DNA of 64,000 bases from assembly GCA_051942205.1 (NCBI GenBank), contig JAVECO010000057.1, positions 1-64,000 on the forward strand. Reading direction: 5' to 3'. The translations under genes and the position numbers were made by a program. This document shows, piece by piece, positions 23,385 to 36,073 of this stretch. Within the stretch, counting starts at the first letter, position 1, and every line of letters starts with the position of its first letter. The notes beneath the pieces were generated by a model. It was given only the letters and a program-made list of their open reading frames with translations, ran no database searches and was not told the origin of the DNA. The stretch comes from Coniocarpon cinnabarinum. Its lineage: Eukaryota.

Positions 23385-25952
23385 CTATGCTTCTTCAGCT
23401 CCTACCTCGTCTTCCAAGGCGCGTTCTTTCTCAGCACGCCTCTCCTCTCTTTTCCGTCTCCTCGCTTTAAGTCGTCCCGTGTATCCCTGCTCTTTCCCGC
23501 GCACCCGCCCTGTGCGCGCGTCGTCCTTCCCATTCCCCGCCTCAACACTCACCTTTTCGTCCACATGTCCCATGACGGTGCCCATACCTCGCCCTACTCT
23601 TACCTTTCGAAATTCTCGTGTCTTTGCGCCAAGCGCCCAGCCATCGCCCCAGACCGATTTGCGCGCATCGCGGTAGGCCGTTTTGCCCATGGAGCGCGGG
23701 ACCGTCCAGCGCTCGAACGTGCCACTAGGCGTGCAGACGTCGAGCATGATGTGTCCGGGGCGTTTCAGAGGTGGCAAGATGAGGTGGGGGAGTGCCAGTG
23801 GGTGAGGGGATGGATGAGGTGCGCTAGATAAATGGCTCGTCCCGTCTGAAGATGTAGTTGAGGCTGGAGAGGGCAACGGGGCGCTGTCAATCGTGGCGGG
23901 AACGGATTGCTGGTCTATTGGCTGCGCTTGAATGTCGGTTCGCGAAGACGTAGGTTCAGACATAGATAGGTCAGAGTCGTGCACATCGTAGCCTTCAAAG
24001 GCGCGATCGGTCGCCTCTTGACCCATCAGTCTCTCTCTTACTTGCTTCTTGCCCTCATCATCGTACGTAACGGTCCGGCCAACTTCCTCGGGTGATTTTC
24101 CCTTCATGACAGCCACGTAGCTGTACTTAACATCCTCGTGATTTCGGTTCTTCGCGCCCAAAAGACGTTGAAGGAATGGCGGACGCAGGTATCGTTGTGA
24201 GAAATGACAGTAATCTTTGCGCTGTTTGGAGATGCCAGAGAAGCGGTATAGAGGACATCGAGCATGGGTGGTACAAGGAGCAAGGATAGAGCCAGGTGCT
24301 GCGTGTCTGCTTCTGCCGTCTGCCGCGGCCTCGCCTTCATCCACGCCAGCTCGTTTGTCCTTTTCGGCATTGGTGAAAAGGCAGTCAAGGATATATTGTC
24401 TAGCACTCGCAATCACTTCGAATCCTCGAGGAACTCCCTTCTCCAACAGAACGAGAACGCCTCCGTCAGGGTTCAACATGGCCCAAAGATTTTGGATATG
24501 CTCTCGACGCTGCCAGTCCTCTTCCAGAGTCCAGAGAGAGTGCGGCGCGAGTATAATATCGAACTGTTTGCGAGCTTGAGGCTGGCTGGTGCCGTCTTCA
24601 TTAGAGTTTGAGGTGGACTGCACGGAAGAGTTTGGAGAGAGGTGAAAGTAATCTGGCAGACGCGGTAGAAAGCTTGTGTTGTGTAGAAGAACTGAGGCAC
24701 GATGACGAAGTGCATCGCTGCCCGTGAGGACTGTGGTTTTACCATCCAAAGCAGCCAAATTGTCCTGCGTATTGACAGCTATCGTGCCAGCTTCGGACAT
24801 TTGCTGAATCTCGGCTCGAAATAGGTCACGCCATGCCAGAGCGCCTGCGCCACCTGCGCCAGCGTCTAGTACACTTGGACCACCCTCATGCTGGCTTTTG
24901 TAAAGAAGGTCACGAATCCACTCCGGGCCAAGTCTTCTACGTATCTCGACTAACACGCCCATTAAGGATGCGTAGTATCCAGGCATGAGACTTGAGAGAT
25001 ACACGTCTGCTTCAATGCTAGACATGCGATGCTGATAGGCATCCATAGGCGTTGGCTTCTGTGGCATAGTCCGGCTGACGCGAGGTGTACCAACTCCATA
25101 GGGAAGACCAGGCCCGCCGAGGGTCTTTTCAGCTGCCTCGTCCAGGTGACGGTTCTTGGTGTCGGCAAGCAGAACGGACGCCGGCCCAACGAATGAGTTC
25201 TTAGGAAGTTCGATGGTTGTTGGATTTGTGCCAACGCGAGCAGCCAGAGTGTAGGGGTGTGCGCGCTGGGTCTCGCCGACAGCATCAGGTTCAAGATCTT
25301 CCGGCTCCATACGGTCATTCCCTATCCCTTGCGATGAGGCGGATGCAAGCGCTGCTTGTATGTCTCGTTCGACCAGCGCATCGGGATCGCTCTGTGCAAC
25401 TCCATCTTCCTGTTCCTGATCCAAGTCCAAGCCTTCATCTTCAATAATGGTCACCTCCTCAAGCTTTCCATCTGCTCCCTCCTTGAGCAAGACGTCCCTT
25501 TCATCGACCGCACCGTCCGCGTCCTCGAACCCGTCTTCTACCACAGATTCCTCCTCATGACGTGGCTCCCATATTAGTGGTGCCCCAAACATGCGCTCGT
25601 ACACTCTGTACTCTTCCTCTCTTAGCGCACCTTCGGGTAGTCGGTCTCCGAACCTCTTGCGAGCGTGTCTGGCCACCGCCTCTGGGTCCAGCGTTGACCG
25701 CACATCAAATTGCTCGTTACTCTGCTCATTAAGGTCTTGGTCCGTCTCTGTATGTGCCTTTCTTACTTGCCCTGCTCGTCTTACTTGAGAACGCCGGGCC
25801 TTTCTGAATTTCCATGGGTCATTGGTATGTGAAACGACTGTTCGTCGAATATCTTTTCTTGGATTCGGTGGTAAAACAAGACGCGAGAGCAGCTTTAGGC
25901 GACAGGACAAGCATATAGAGGGTTTCGCGCTCTGGAACATAGTAAATTGCAT
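23385..25952 (-). CDS. rsm22: Mitochondrial small ribosomal subunit assembly factor Rsm22 (METTL17-like SAM methyltransferase fold)
   Basis: Single 855-aa ORF with a presequence-like N-terminus, VLDAGAGGAG, LNPDGGVLVLLEKGVPRGFEVIASAR, APCTTHARCP..CHFSQRY..LDVCTPSG (the family's conserved Cys) and AYRDARKSVWGD. The true start may be the ATG at 25940. Confidence 0.92.
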   Translation of the reverse strand: MQFTMFQSAKPSICLSCRLKLLSRLVLPPNPRKDIRRTVVSHTNDPWKFRKARRSQVRRAGQVRKAHTETDQDLNEQSNEQFDVRSTLDPEAVARHARKRFGDRLPEGALREEEYRVYERMFGAPLIWEPRHEEESVVEDGFEDADGAVDERDVLLKEGADGKLEEVTIIEDEGLDLDQEQEDGVAQSDPDALVERDIQAALASASSQGIGNDRMEPEDLEPDAVGETQRAHPYTLAARVGTNPTTIELPKNSFVGPASVLLADTKNRHLDEAAEKTLGGPGLPYGVGTPRVSRTMPQKPTPMDAYQHRMSSIEADVYLSSLMPGYYASLMGVLVEIRRRLGPEWIRDLLYKSQHEGGPSVLDAGAGGAGALAWRDLFRAEIQQMSEAGTIAVNTQDNLAALDGKTTVLTGSDALRHRASVLLHNTSFLPRLPDYFHLSPNSSVQSTSNSNEDGTSQPQARKQFDIILAPHSLWTLEEDWQRREHIQNLWAMLNPDGGVLVLLEKGVPRGFEVIASARQYILDCLFTNAEKDKRAGVDEGEAAADGRSRHAAPGSILAPCTTHARCPLYRFSGISKQRKDYCHFSQRYLRPPFLQRLLGAKNRNHEDVKYSYVAVMKGKSPEEVGRTVTYDDEGKKQVRERLMGQEATDRAFEGYDVHDSDLSMSEPTSSRTDIQAQPIDQQSVPATIDSAPLPSPASTTSSDGTSHLSSAPHPSPHPLALPHLILPPLKRPGHIMLDVCTPSGTFERWTVPRSMGKTAYRDARKSVWGDGWALGAKTREFRKVRVGRGMGTVMGHVDEKVSVEAGNGKDDARTGRVRGKEQGYTGRLKARRRKREERRAEKERALEDEVGAEEA

Positions 25953-26867
25953 CCACTAGATGGTCTGTCACTGCAACCAAGGAACACGTTGCGAATCCAA
26001 TGATATCTAGATCTGAAATAGGGTCATCAACATGGTTGGACATCTCAAAGATCGTTTACGACCGTGACATTCAATTTGATCGACCCTGCCGGAATTTTCT
26101 AGCATTGGTCAATCCCATGAACACACAAAATACAACAAAGCAAGACGCGATGGATGAACGGGCACAGAATTCCACTCAGCCGCATAGTAGCATTGCATCA
26201 CATTGCTATATCTGCCTGATGCTCGAGCGTAATTGACGGTCCTGATAAGCAGGCAAGCAAGTGCATCAAGCAAAGCTCAAGCTTCAGCCGGTATGAACTT
26301 CACTTAATCAGTCCCACTGGTCTTAACAGGACCATTTTGTATGACGTCTTGATCTGCTCTCCAGTTGCACATGCATCCCCTGATGTCTTGAGACATATCC
26401 CTCCCCAGAAGCGGCACTTATACATTCCAATTTCCAGTGAATAACATGACGGATGGGAAGGTCTAATGGCCTTGCGTGATTCCATGGCTGCAAGTGACGG
26501 AGCACGACAGCTTCTAGGTAGCAAGCTGTCCTCGAAGATCAAAACAGACATTTCGAATGCGTTTCCATGTAGATGTCGTTGTCAGTGTTGATCATAGGGA
26601 AAGCATTGCTCCATGAAGTTGCTTGCCGCCTCCACGCACGCGCGGGGATGAACACCTTGAGAGATAAATTCCTTCTGTGACTCCCCGGCCGGGGGTGGGC
26701 GTGACCATTCAGAACAATTCCAGATAATAAGATGATATTTCGCCGCGCCTGCGATGTTGGCGCGGCTAGTGACACGTGTCACACAGAGAGAGTTGAGTGG
26801 TGGATACCTTTCCCGTCACCGTCTTCTCGTGATCAGACAGGGACAAGAAAGGCATCGATGTTCAAGT

Positions 26868-28272
26868 TCAGTAACCACCCGTATTGCCATAGTAGTTTTC
26901 ACGCTTGGCAGATCGAAGTTGCCTGGACACAGATCTTCGTTAGCCAGAACAGTCCTCAAAGAACGCCACCCTCGTTCAAAAAAGCACAAGATGGCAAGTG
27001 GACCCACAAGTAAGGTCAATATCAAACTCACATTCCGGTGCCTTCACCGCGGTCTTTGACGGGTCGACGAGTACCGCTCACGCCTGCGTTCTTCGAAGAT
27101 TGACCCATTGGAGTACCAGCGACACCAGCATTGGTGGCCGAGGCGTGTCGGCGATCGCCCTTGTCGTCGTCATTCTGGGCTTGCTTGCTGGCCTCAGCCA
27201 CCGCCTGAGCGTTTTTCTGATACTTGTAGACGGTCCAGTCGAAGACGTAGTCGTATTGGAAGCCCTCACGGACAAAGAGATCGCGGAAGATCTTCCGAAG
27301 GTACGAGTAGTCCGGCTTGTCGTCGAAACGAAGCGATCGAGTGTAGTTGAGGTAAATGGCAAACTCATTTGGAAAGCCACGGCAAAGAACCTCAGTGGGA
27401 GTCGTCATCTTCTTTTCCATGATGCGGTCGTACTTCTGCTTCTTCGTGGCGGCTTTCAGGCCTTGCCAAGGCAAAGAGCCACGGCAGAAGTACAGCATGA
27501 CGTATCCCAAGGATTCCATGTCATCACGTCGAGACTGCTCGACACCAAGATGAGTGTTGATGGAGGCATAGCGGGCCGTGCCGGTCAAGTTCTTGTTCTC
27601 CCTGTAAGGAATGTGGAAGTGGGTTTTCGGGTCGCGATATTTCTTTGCCAGGCCAAAGTCAATAACATTGACCTGGTTTCCACGCTTGCCGATGCCCATG
27701 AGGAAGTTGTCGGGTTTGATGTCTCGGTGAATGAACGATTTGGCGTGGATGTACTCGATGCGAGAGATGAGCTGATCTGCGAGAAGCAAAACCGTCTTGA
27801 GGGTGAACTTGCGGTTGCAAAAGTTGAACAGATCTTCCAGGGAGGGACCGAGAAGGTCTAGGACCATGGCATTGTAGTCACATTCGGTCCCAAACCAACG
27901 AACAAACGGGATGCCGACGCCGCCAGCAAGGGATTTGTAGACGCGAGCTTCATACTCGAGTTGAGGATGTTTGGCTTTGACACTCTCGAGTTTGATGGCG
28001 ATTTCCTCCCCCGAGATAATATTAGTGCCTGTTGTGTGTCAGTGCGAGCGAACGACGGGGACCAGGCATGTACGGCGAAGAGACCTACCCAGGTAGATGT
28101 CACCGAAACTACCGCTGCCGATTTTGCGTCCTATGCGATACTTGTTCCCCACGCGAAGGTCCTGTAACAAAGCCATGAGCGGGTGAATGCAGGAAGGAGG
28201 GAATGGGGCGGGAAGGAGGGAGAGCTGTTGTGGAGGGAGTTGGGCATCAATACGAACCATGCCAGTGGACAT
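26868..28272 (-). CDS. hrr25: Casein kinase I (Hrr25/Hhp1/CkiA, CK1 delta/epsilon type)
   Basis: Exons 28272-28258, 28161-28089, 28028-27032 and 26922-26868. Contains [76 protein letters not shown]. Confidence 0.96.
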
Positions 28273-30062
28273 GACAAGCCACGTCAGGTGCCTCGCGTCT
28301 GCTGATGGTGATTTGACGACGGCACCGAGTTATCGTTGCGGAGAGATGGGGTTGTGCGGACGGCCGTGAGGTGCAAGAGACTGGAGGAGGACGATGAGCA
28401 GGAGCGAAAGGGCGATAGCAGATCGACAATCCGGCGGTGAAGATAGATGAAGAATGGGCGAGGAGTGGTGCGGGAGGGAGAGAGAGCAGTGCGGGAGCCT
28501 GACAACTGGGGCCAAGACAAAGCGCGAGGCCCAGCGTGGGTTGTGGGGTGTGGTCAGGAGTTGTTGGCGAGCGTGAAGAGGCGAGTGGAGAGGCAGACGT
28601 ACAGAGAGAGAGTCGATGGAGAAGATCACGCGTCGCTGGATTTGGATGTGGATTTATTAAGCGAGGCGTGGGAGGAGAAGTTGGCAGGCAGTCAGGCAGG
28701 CAGAGTCAGCTGAGAGGAGCTCTCTCTCGATTCTGCGGTGTGGGAATTTCACTCAGGCACCACCACCTGAGCCTTGGCACGCCCGGTGACAGCACTGGGC
28801 CTGGGCAGGGCAATGACAATGACAAGATGGCTGCGGCACCACCACCACGCGAGCAGCAGTGTGTGGAGGGAGGAGAGGGAGATTGAGCAGAGCCAGGTGA
28901 AAGAAGTGGCAGTACTCCGTGAGGTGAGGGAGTGGGGGAGACCGGGGTGTGGTCGAGCAAAAAGCAGCAGCAGCAGCAGCAACAACAAGGAGAGGACGAG
29001 TGGAGAGAAAATGGGAATGGGGAACTGTGGCTTCGACGATCCGACCGCAGAGCTACGAGTGACGAGGCGGTCATGACAAGCGCCCGCAGGACGGGTATCG
29101 CCATCCCCCTTTCGGCGCTGTGGTGCCGCTTAAGCGTTAGCCAAAGCTTGGCACTCCGGATGCCTGACTGCTGGCTGCCGCTTCGGTGCAGGCATCCATC
29201 GCGATACTGCCTAGACGGGCAATCGTCGCATCCAGCACACCGCGCGGCTACGTAGCTTGGCACGCTTGTAAGCGCCGGCGCCAGCCAGCAAACAATGGAG
29301 TGGAGTGGCATCATTCTCGTCGCCAATCTCCACTCACTCACCCACTCCATCCTCTAGCATCGTCTCTCTGCATCACTTCAGACGACCCATTCGCCTGACC
29401 ATGACCATGACCACGACTACCACCATCACCCCATTCTTAGCAACACAGGCCCACTCCGCGGCTCCCACGTGTCGATGCACTCCCTCCCTCTCCACATGCG
29501 CTCTTCTGCTCACTTGCCTGTTCCTGTGCTGACGCTGACACTGCCGCCGCGACAGATTACATACCCACTCCATCTCGTCGTGTCTCTGCAGCTCCCCAAC
29601 GATCGACACTCGTCCACCACGCCCCATACGCCAATCGCCGCCGGCCACGGCTGACGGCGTGTGACACTGCACCCCGAGCCTGCAGCTTGCCCCGTCTGCC
29701 GCTCCAGCAGTGCAGCCATCGGCTCGGTGTTGCAGCGCCTCCACTGTTGCAGCGCTCCGAGCCAAAGGAGGTGGTCACCCGAGCTATCAATGGCACAGAC
29801 ACAGAATTGTCATTGCCTCTACTTTGTACAAAAGGCTCATTGGTATCACAATCGTCAGCTGGGCCGCTCTGTCCTCGCGTTCCAGAAATCTTACAGTCCC
29901 TCTTGTACCCTCCCTCTCATCCAATGATATCCGCGCGCCCTATCGACGCTTTTCCAAACATTAATCCCAAGCGTAGATGTTTCCCTGAAACGATAGCGTT
30001 GCACAAGCGATATCAACTCATTCCTTCCATGGTCTTCCTTCCAACCACGCATACTCTCGCTT

Positions 30063-33000
30063 CTATGCAGTACCGGTCGACTCCCGGCCTGCACTTTCTT
30101 CCCTCTCTCTTAAGTCCAGCTTCCTCCGCCAGTTGGCAAGACTCTCACCTTCGTTGGTGAGATGACCTCCCGGTGTCATTGGCGTCGGCACATTCATGCT
30201 CTGTTGACTGGAACGATAGTTCTTGTTGGTCGTCTCCCAGTGGCTCCGCAGAGTCTCGAGCTCGCTCGCCAGGCTGTCCAACGCCATCGAGTTCCGGTCG
30301 CCAATCGTCTGGGGCTCTGCCGGGTTGGAGTAATTCGAATCTGCACCAAGGCTACTTGCAGAGTTCCCGCGGTAATGCCCCTTGGCGTGATTGCTCTCCT
30401 CCGGGTGCAGGCCATTGATCGAACGTGATGACCGATAGTTGTCTACAGACGTGCCGACTGTGTCCAACAAAGTCTGCACCTTGCGTTCTGCTTCTCTCGC
30501 CCGTTTTTCCAACTTCTCGTTGGTCTCCTTCAGGCTCGCCAGCTCGCTTTCTGACCGCTGCTGTGAAGCCGCGAGCGTCTGTTGCGCCATCTCGCGTTCC
30601 GCATGCGCGGCACGCACCTCGGCCATCTGTTGTTCGAGCTGCTGTTGAGACGACGAAATGCGTTGCGACATGGCCTCGAGATCATTGCGAAGCTTGTTGC
30701 GCTCCATCTCCCAGGCCGGTGGGGGCGTCGGCGTCGCAGCCGCACTGCTGTCCCGCGATCCGGCCTTGACCTGGTCCTCAAGCTCCTTGTTCGCTGTCTT
30801 ATAGCGCTGGAGTTCCGTCTTCATCTTGGACAGCATCTTCTCGGTACCCTTCAAATACTTCACAGCCGCCTGGTAGTCGGAGTCAAGTGCTGCGAGTTTC
30901 TCCTCCCAGCCACGGTTTGCGTCGTACTCCCGCTTCTCAAAGGATTTGCGCATCTCTTCGTGAGCTTGGGCTTGTGCTTCGAGCTGCGACTCGAGCTCCT
31001 TGAAGCGGGCATCGTCACCTACCAAACCCCGACTGCGAGGAGAGGAACTGGGGTCGATCCCCCTCTCGGCAAGTACGTCTCTCAGTGTTGAATGCTGCAC
31101 TTGCAAAGCCGTGCCATCCATTTTGATGGTCGACAGCTGTTTCTGCAGATCGGCTTTCTCAGAATGAAGTGCAACTGCCTCTCGAGACTGTGCTTGTAGT
31201 TGCTTGCGCATTCCAAGACCTTCGCGAGATGCTTGTTCTTGGTATGCTTCCAGCCCTGCGATACGCTCTTCAGCTTTTCGCAGCTTCTCCGCAGCGCTAT
31301 CCGCAGCGTCTTGATTGCGCCGTGCCATTGCCTCTGCACTCTCAACCTGAGCACGCAGAGCTTCCACTCGTTCGTCTTGAATGTCGCTGTCTCGTACTGA
31401 TCGATCACTGACACGACCAAATCCTGTCATCAATGCCTCACGATGAGTCTTTGCTTCACTCGCATGACTGTTTGCAAGCTCTTCGGCGTCCTGTAACCTG
31501 CGTGTGGTGTTTTGTAGTTCGCTGACGCTCGATTCATGTGCGGCCTTGACTTGAGTTAATTTCTCTTCGAGCGAGGAACGCTCTCGCCGCTCGTGTTCGA
31601 GTTTCTTTTCTAGCATAGAAGCCTTCTCCGTCGACGCGGTAACAGCTTCCCGTAGTGAGCTTAAGATACTGTCATGGTCTCTCGACTGATCGGTCATCAT
31701 GGCTAGCTTGCCAGTGAGCTCGTTTTTGTCAACCTGTAAGCTTTTGGCTGTCGCTTGATGGTTGGTGGCTTCTGAACTTATCTGTCGCAGAGCCTTCTCC
31801 GCTTCATGAAGCTCGCCTCGGAGATGTTCAAGCTCGGAAGTTGACGCTTGTTTGTGTGAGTCTAGCTCGCTCGCTCGCGAATGGGCACTGTCAGCAGATT
31901 CTTCAGCGATCTGTCGTGCCCTTCTTTCAGCATCAATCTCAGCGACAAGCGCATGAATGCGAGATTGAAGTTCTGCCTGGGATGACAGCGCAATGGCCAA
32001 TCGACGCGCAGAGTCCTGCTCACGTTCGGATCCAGGACCACTGAGATCCAGGCCTTCATCCTTGCCAGCGCGTCCTGCGGCACGGGTCTTATGGTAGACA
32101 GCTTCACTAACAGCAGCGTCACGTTGTTGCTCGACGCTGGCGATCTGATCTGCAGCATCAGTCCTCTGTTTGGCGAGAGCCTCTTGAACTTTGACTAGTT
32201 CGGCACGCATTTTGAACAAAGTTTCCATCAACGGCTTATCATCTTCATCGATCGACTCGTGCTCTTCACGGTAAGGGCTTCCCGTGGTGTTGGCGGATTG
32301 ATATCCAGCTTTGCGAGCCATTGACAATTCTGACGCATACCAAGCGTTCTTAGATCTTTGTGCCTCAAGTTCTTTCAACAGCGCATCGTTCTGGTGATTG
32401 AGAGCTGGAGAGGTACCCAGGCTACCCATGGCGCTATCAATCGGAGGCTGCGGGCCGGCTGCACTGACCGAGCGACCGCGTTGTGGCTCTGGGACTGCCT
32501 TTAGCGTGTAGTTGTCGTCGATAGACTGTGGAACATCTCGGGCAGGCGTGCTGTCAGTGGAGTCTTGCTGCCGCTTCAGCCTGGGCCCTGGCTCTTGGGG
32601 AATGATGGGAGGTTGACTGGTCATAGAATTCATGGTCGGCTGCGAAGCTTGGGGGGACGGAGAAACCCTGGACGAAGATTCGACTGGCTGACGGGGAGGT
32701 GAATGTGGAAAACTTCCGGGTGGACTTTGAGGTCGGCGACTCGCAGCAGCGGTTCCGCGAATCGATGGAATCACACCATTCGTCTGAGGACTCTCTGTTC
32801 TTTGCAAAGGTTGAGGCTGCTCTCTTTCTGTAATACCAGCAAAAGGAGGGCGGCCAGCGCCGTTGGCCCTCATTTGGGGGATCACCCGCTCGTTCGAAGG
32901 TTGTGGCGGCGGCAACGAGGCCTGTGGCTGCTGCTGCTGCTGTTGGAGCGGTATGTTGGGTGGAGGTCCGCCAGGAGGAGGCCCTGCTGGAGGACCGGCT

Positions 33001-34724
33001 GGTGAGCTACGTGGTCCTCTACCGGTCGCGTACTGAGGCCCTGGCTGAAGTCCAGTGTTTCCCTCAGGAAAGCTGTCTTGTCGGCCTCTTGCAGCGGGCT
33101 GAGGCTCGGTAACGCTATCTTCAGATGCGTTGCGCGTCGTCCACCGCGGAGCCCCATTGACGTATTGTCCTTGACTAGAGCCGGCACGTTCTTGTGAAGG
33201 TGTTTGGCTCCGATCTCCGATGCTGGGTCTCCTACTACTTGTCTTGACGCCATTTGGTTGTGATGAATCGGGCGGATAACGAATCTTTGACGTGTCGAGA
33301 ACATACGCCAGACTGAGTTCATTCGCATCTCGTGGTGCAGAGCTGGGCTCGCCTCCCACCACAAAGATCTTCTCTCCAGCGGCAGTTAAGCTGTGGCCTG
33401 AACGTGGGGACGGCGATGGTCCCATGTTCTGGAAAGTGTACCACCGTTTGGTAGGTATACGAAACGCCGCTAAGTCACCTAGATCTCTGCCTTCCTCTGT
33501 TCGACCGCCGAAGACGTACATGACATCGCCCACGAGTGCGGCGGCGTGCCCCTCGCGCGCGGTGGGAATAAATCCAATGCATTCTTGCATTGTCCAGCTG
33601 TTTGTCGATGGATCGAACGACCACACATCGTTATACCAATGCATGCCATCAGTACCGCCGAAGAGGAAAAGCTTATTGTTCCATGTCACGACACTGTGAT
33701 TTGTTCGCGCGGGAGGGACGGGACCTTGAGATGGCCCGCCTTCAGAGGTATTGTGAATCAGGATCTCCCATTTATTGCTGGACTGTTGCAAGGCGTTCAG
33801 GTCGAACGCAACCAAGTCGTTGAAGAAGTAACCTTCCACCTGGCCGCCAAATATGTAGATTTTGGAACCCAGGATGTTGAGGGTGTGGCCATAACGGCCA
33901 GCCGGGCGCTGGCCTGCGGGAAGAGCTCTCGACCAATGTTTTGTGGCTGCCGAAAAGATGGATCAGTAAGTGTGATCGAAGCGGAAAAAGGCGCCACGTG
34001 GCTACTCACAGGTATTGAGAAGATAAAGAGTATCGTCAAGAACGTCGAGTTCATCCACTTTGGTGTCACCTCCAAAGACAATGAAGGCGTTGCCCACAAG
34101 CAATGCAGCATGTCCCACTCTGGGCCCAGGCCCTTCTGCCATTGCAAAAACAGGATTGCAAGTGGCGGAAGTTGGGGATGCTTCGATTGTCCAAAGATCG
34201 CCTTTCACCATTGTGCCATTAATCAGACCACCCATCATGTATATCTCACCCTTTGGCGATGCGACAGCATTTGCGGCTGCACCATAACGCGGAAAGACGC
34301 CGGAACTCGGTTGTGAAAATGTCAAGGAACGTTGCGACCACGGATAGAGGGACATGTCAGGCGGTGGCCGTTGTGGTGGGCTGGTGGCATTGCGCATCTA
34401 TCGGAATGTGTTAGCAAGATGACTTGGACCTTCGATATCATGCACTGGAGTCAAATCAACGGCCGCAGGCCAAGGATCCGTTCGTACCTGAGGTGGGACA
34501 TTGGACTGATCCGGCGTAGCACCACGCGCGATCAAGTTGGAGGAATTGCCCATTGAACTTCCAGCACCAGTTCGGCTGGGATTGGAGGCATCGCGCAGGG
34601 ACGAGACGCTGCCCTGTTGATTGACGGTCGAGCCATCGGAGGAGGTGAGGTTGCGAGAGGCGGGAGGGAGACCAGGACCACCGGGCTGCTGCTTGTTCTT
34701 GGATTTGAAGCCAAAGAACGACAT
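30063..34724 (-). CDS. teaA: Kelch-repeat and coiled-coil cell-end marker (Tea1/TeaA/Kel1)
   Basis: Exons 34724-34488, 34397-34010 and 33946-30063. MSFFGFKSK start, YPWSQR..FPRYGAA, multiple kelch repeats (GPRVGHAALLVGNAFIVFGG, GRYGHTL, ARTNHS, AREGHAA, PRSGHS), long coiled coil and C-terminal ALDSLASELETLRSHWETTNKNYR. Confidence 0.93.
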
Positions 34725-36073
34725 TTCCGTCAGGAGAGTCAATCTGAGCGCGCGACCGCGACTCGTCTAGTTGCGCATCTGTGGATTTTCTGCCTGCACG
34801 CTTGTCCGAAAGTCGAGGAAGACCAGACGGAGGGTCGAGGGGTTGGAAAGTTGGACCAGCCACCGCACAAGGCTCAAGGATGCGCTGGTGGATTGCGTCG
34901 CGCGCGAGGCCTGCCGAAGAATTCAGGAACAGGCAGAACTCAGCATAGATATCGATCTAGGCCATGGATTCAGCGCACGGAAGTCGAGTGGGACCAAGAA
35001 CAGGAAAATGGTGGTAGAGGGCAACCGACGGCTTGAGTCGAAAGAATCACGACAACCAGGAGGTCTGTGCAGGAAGGTTCAGGTTTCCGCTGCTTCTGCA
35101 CGGGAGAGGAAGCGTTTCAGCCCTATCAGCCTTACTAGCCCTATGAATATCCGTCGCTTCAGCACACACTCAGCCACACACTCAGCCACACGCTGGGCTC
35201 ATACCGGGCTCGCCCTACCTACCTACCATATGTACCGCTGAGAAAGATTACATGCGTGCGCCGCAACCCTCGTGTGGCAAAGGTCTCAGTGAAGGGCGCA
35301 TTGCAATACAGGTAGGATAGCACGCGCAGAACCTTGCCCTGAGCTAATCTGTCCCGACGTGGGATCCATTATTTTTGAGCACCCTCAATCCTGATTTGAG
35401 CCGGCACTCGCGACTGTAGGACCCCAATGAACAGTCTCTTGAGCGTAATGGTTCAACTGTGGGAGTCAACGCTGCTAAACGAGACCAGCAATACTGCCGG
35501 GTTAACCTCTCTACAACCACGAGTCTGGGTGCACTGATCGTTGGCGCATGGCTGGTGGCTGGTATTGGTATTTTCTGTCCAGGGATTCGCGAGGGCCATC
35601 AGTGTATAGTAGCCACCGTTCTGCAATTGATGTGTTCGCAGAGCATTCTCTTACATGATCGTAGTCGTGACGAACGACCAAGGCGATGCGATAGATGGTT
35701 GAAAATGCGGGTGGACAATGCAATGTACCTTTTGGCTGTGGGCTGAATCCGCCCCAAAGCTAGAGTCCAAGATCAATACCTACCTCTTTCGTTTTCGCTT
35801 TCAAATGAGTGGATCTACGGGGTACTCGCATTCGGATCTCGGTGCTGGATACTGCAGCATTGGAACGCTTTCTCCATGCACGCCCTGATGGTTCTCCTTC
35901 CTTCTTCTGCTTTCGTGCTTTCGCTCCTTCTCTCTTCAGTCTGTTCGTCGCGTCAGAGAACTAGACTCGCCATGAGAATGCTATCCCCTTAACGCTCATC
36001 ACGTTCGGCTTTGCGACCTGATATCCTCATCCACTCCCGATCCTCCAGGTCTCGTCATAGGTCAGGCCTGCCT

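Noticed and set aside
28706..29350. 214-aa ORF with poly-Cys / poly-Gln / poly-Ser readings
   Set aside because: Produced by a (CAG)n microsatellite near 28964-28987 within the low-complexity region upstream of CK1.
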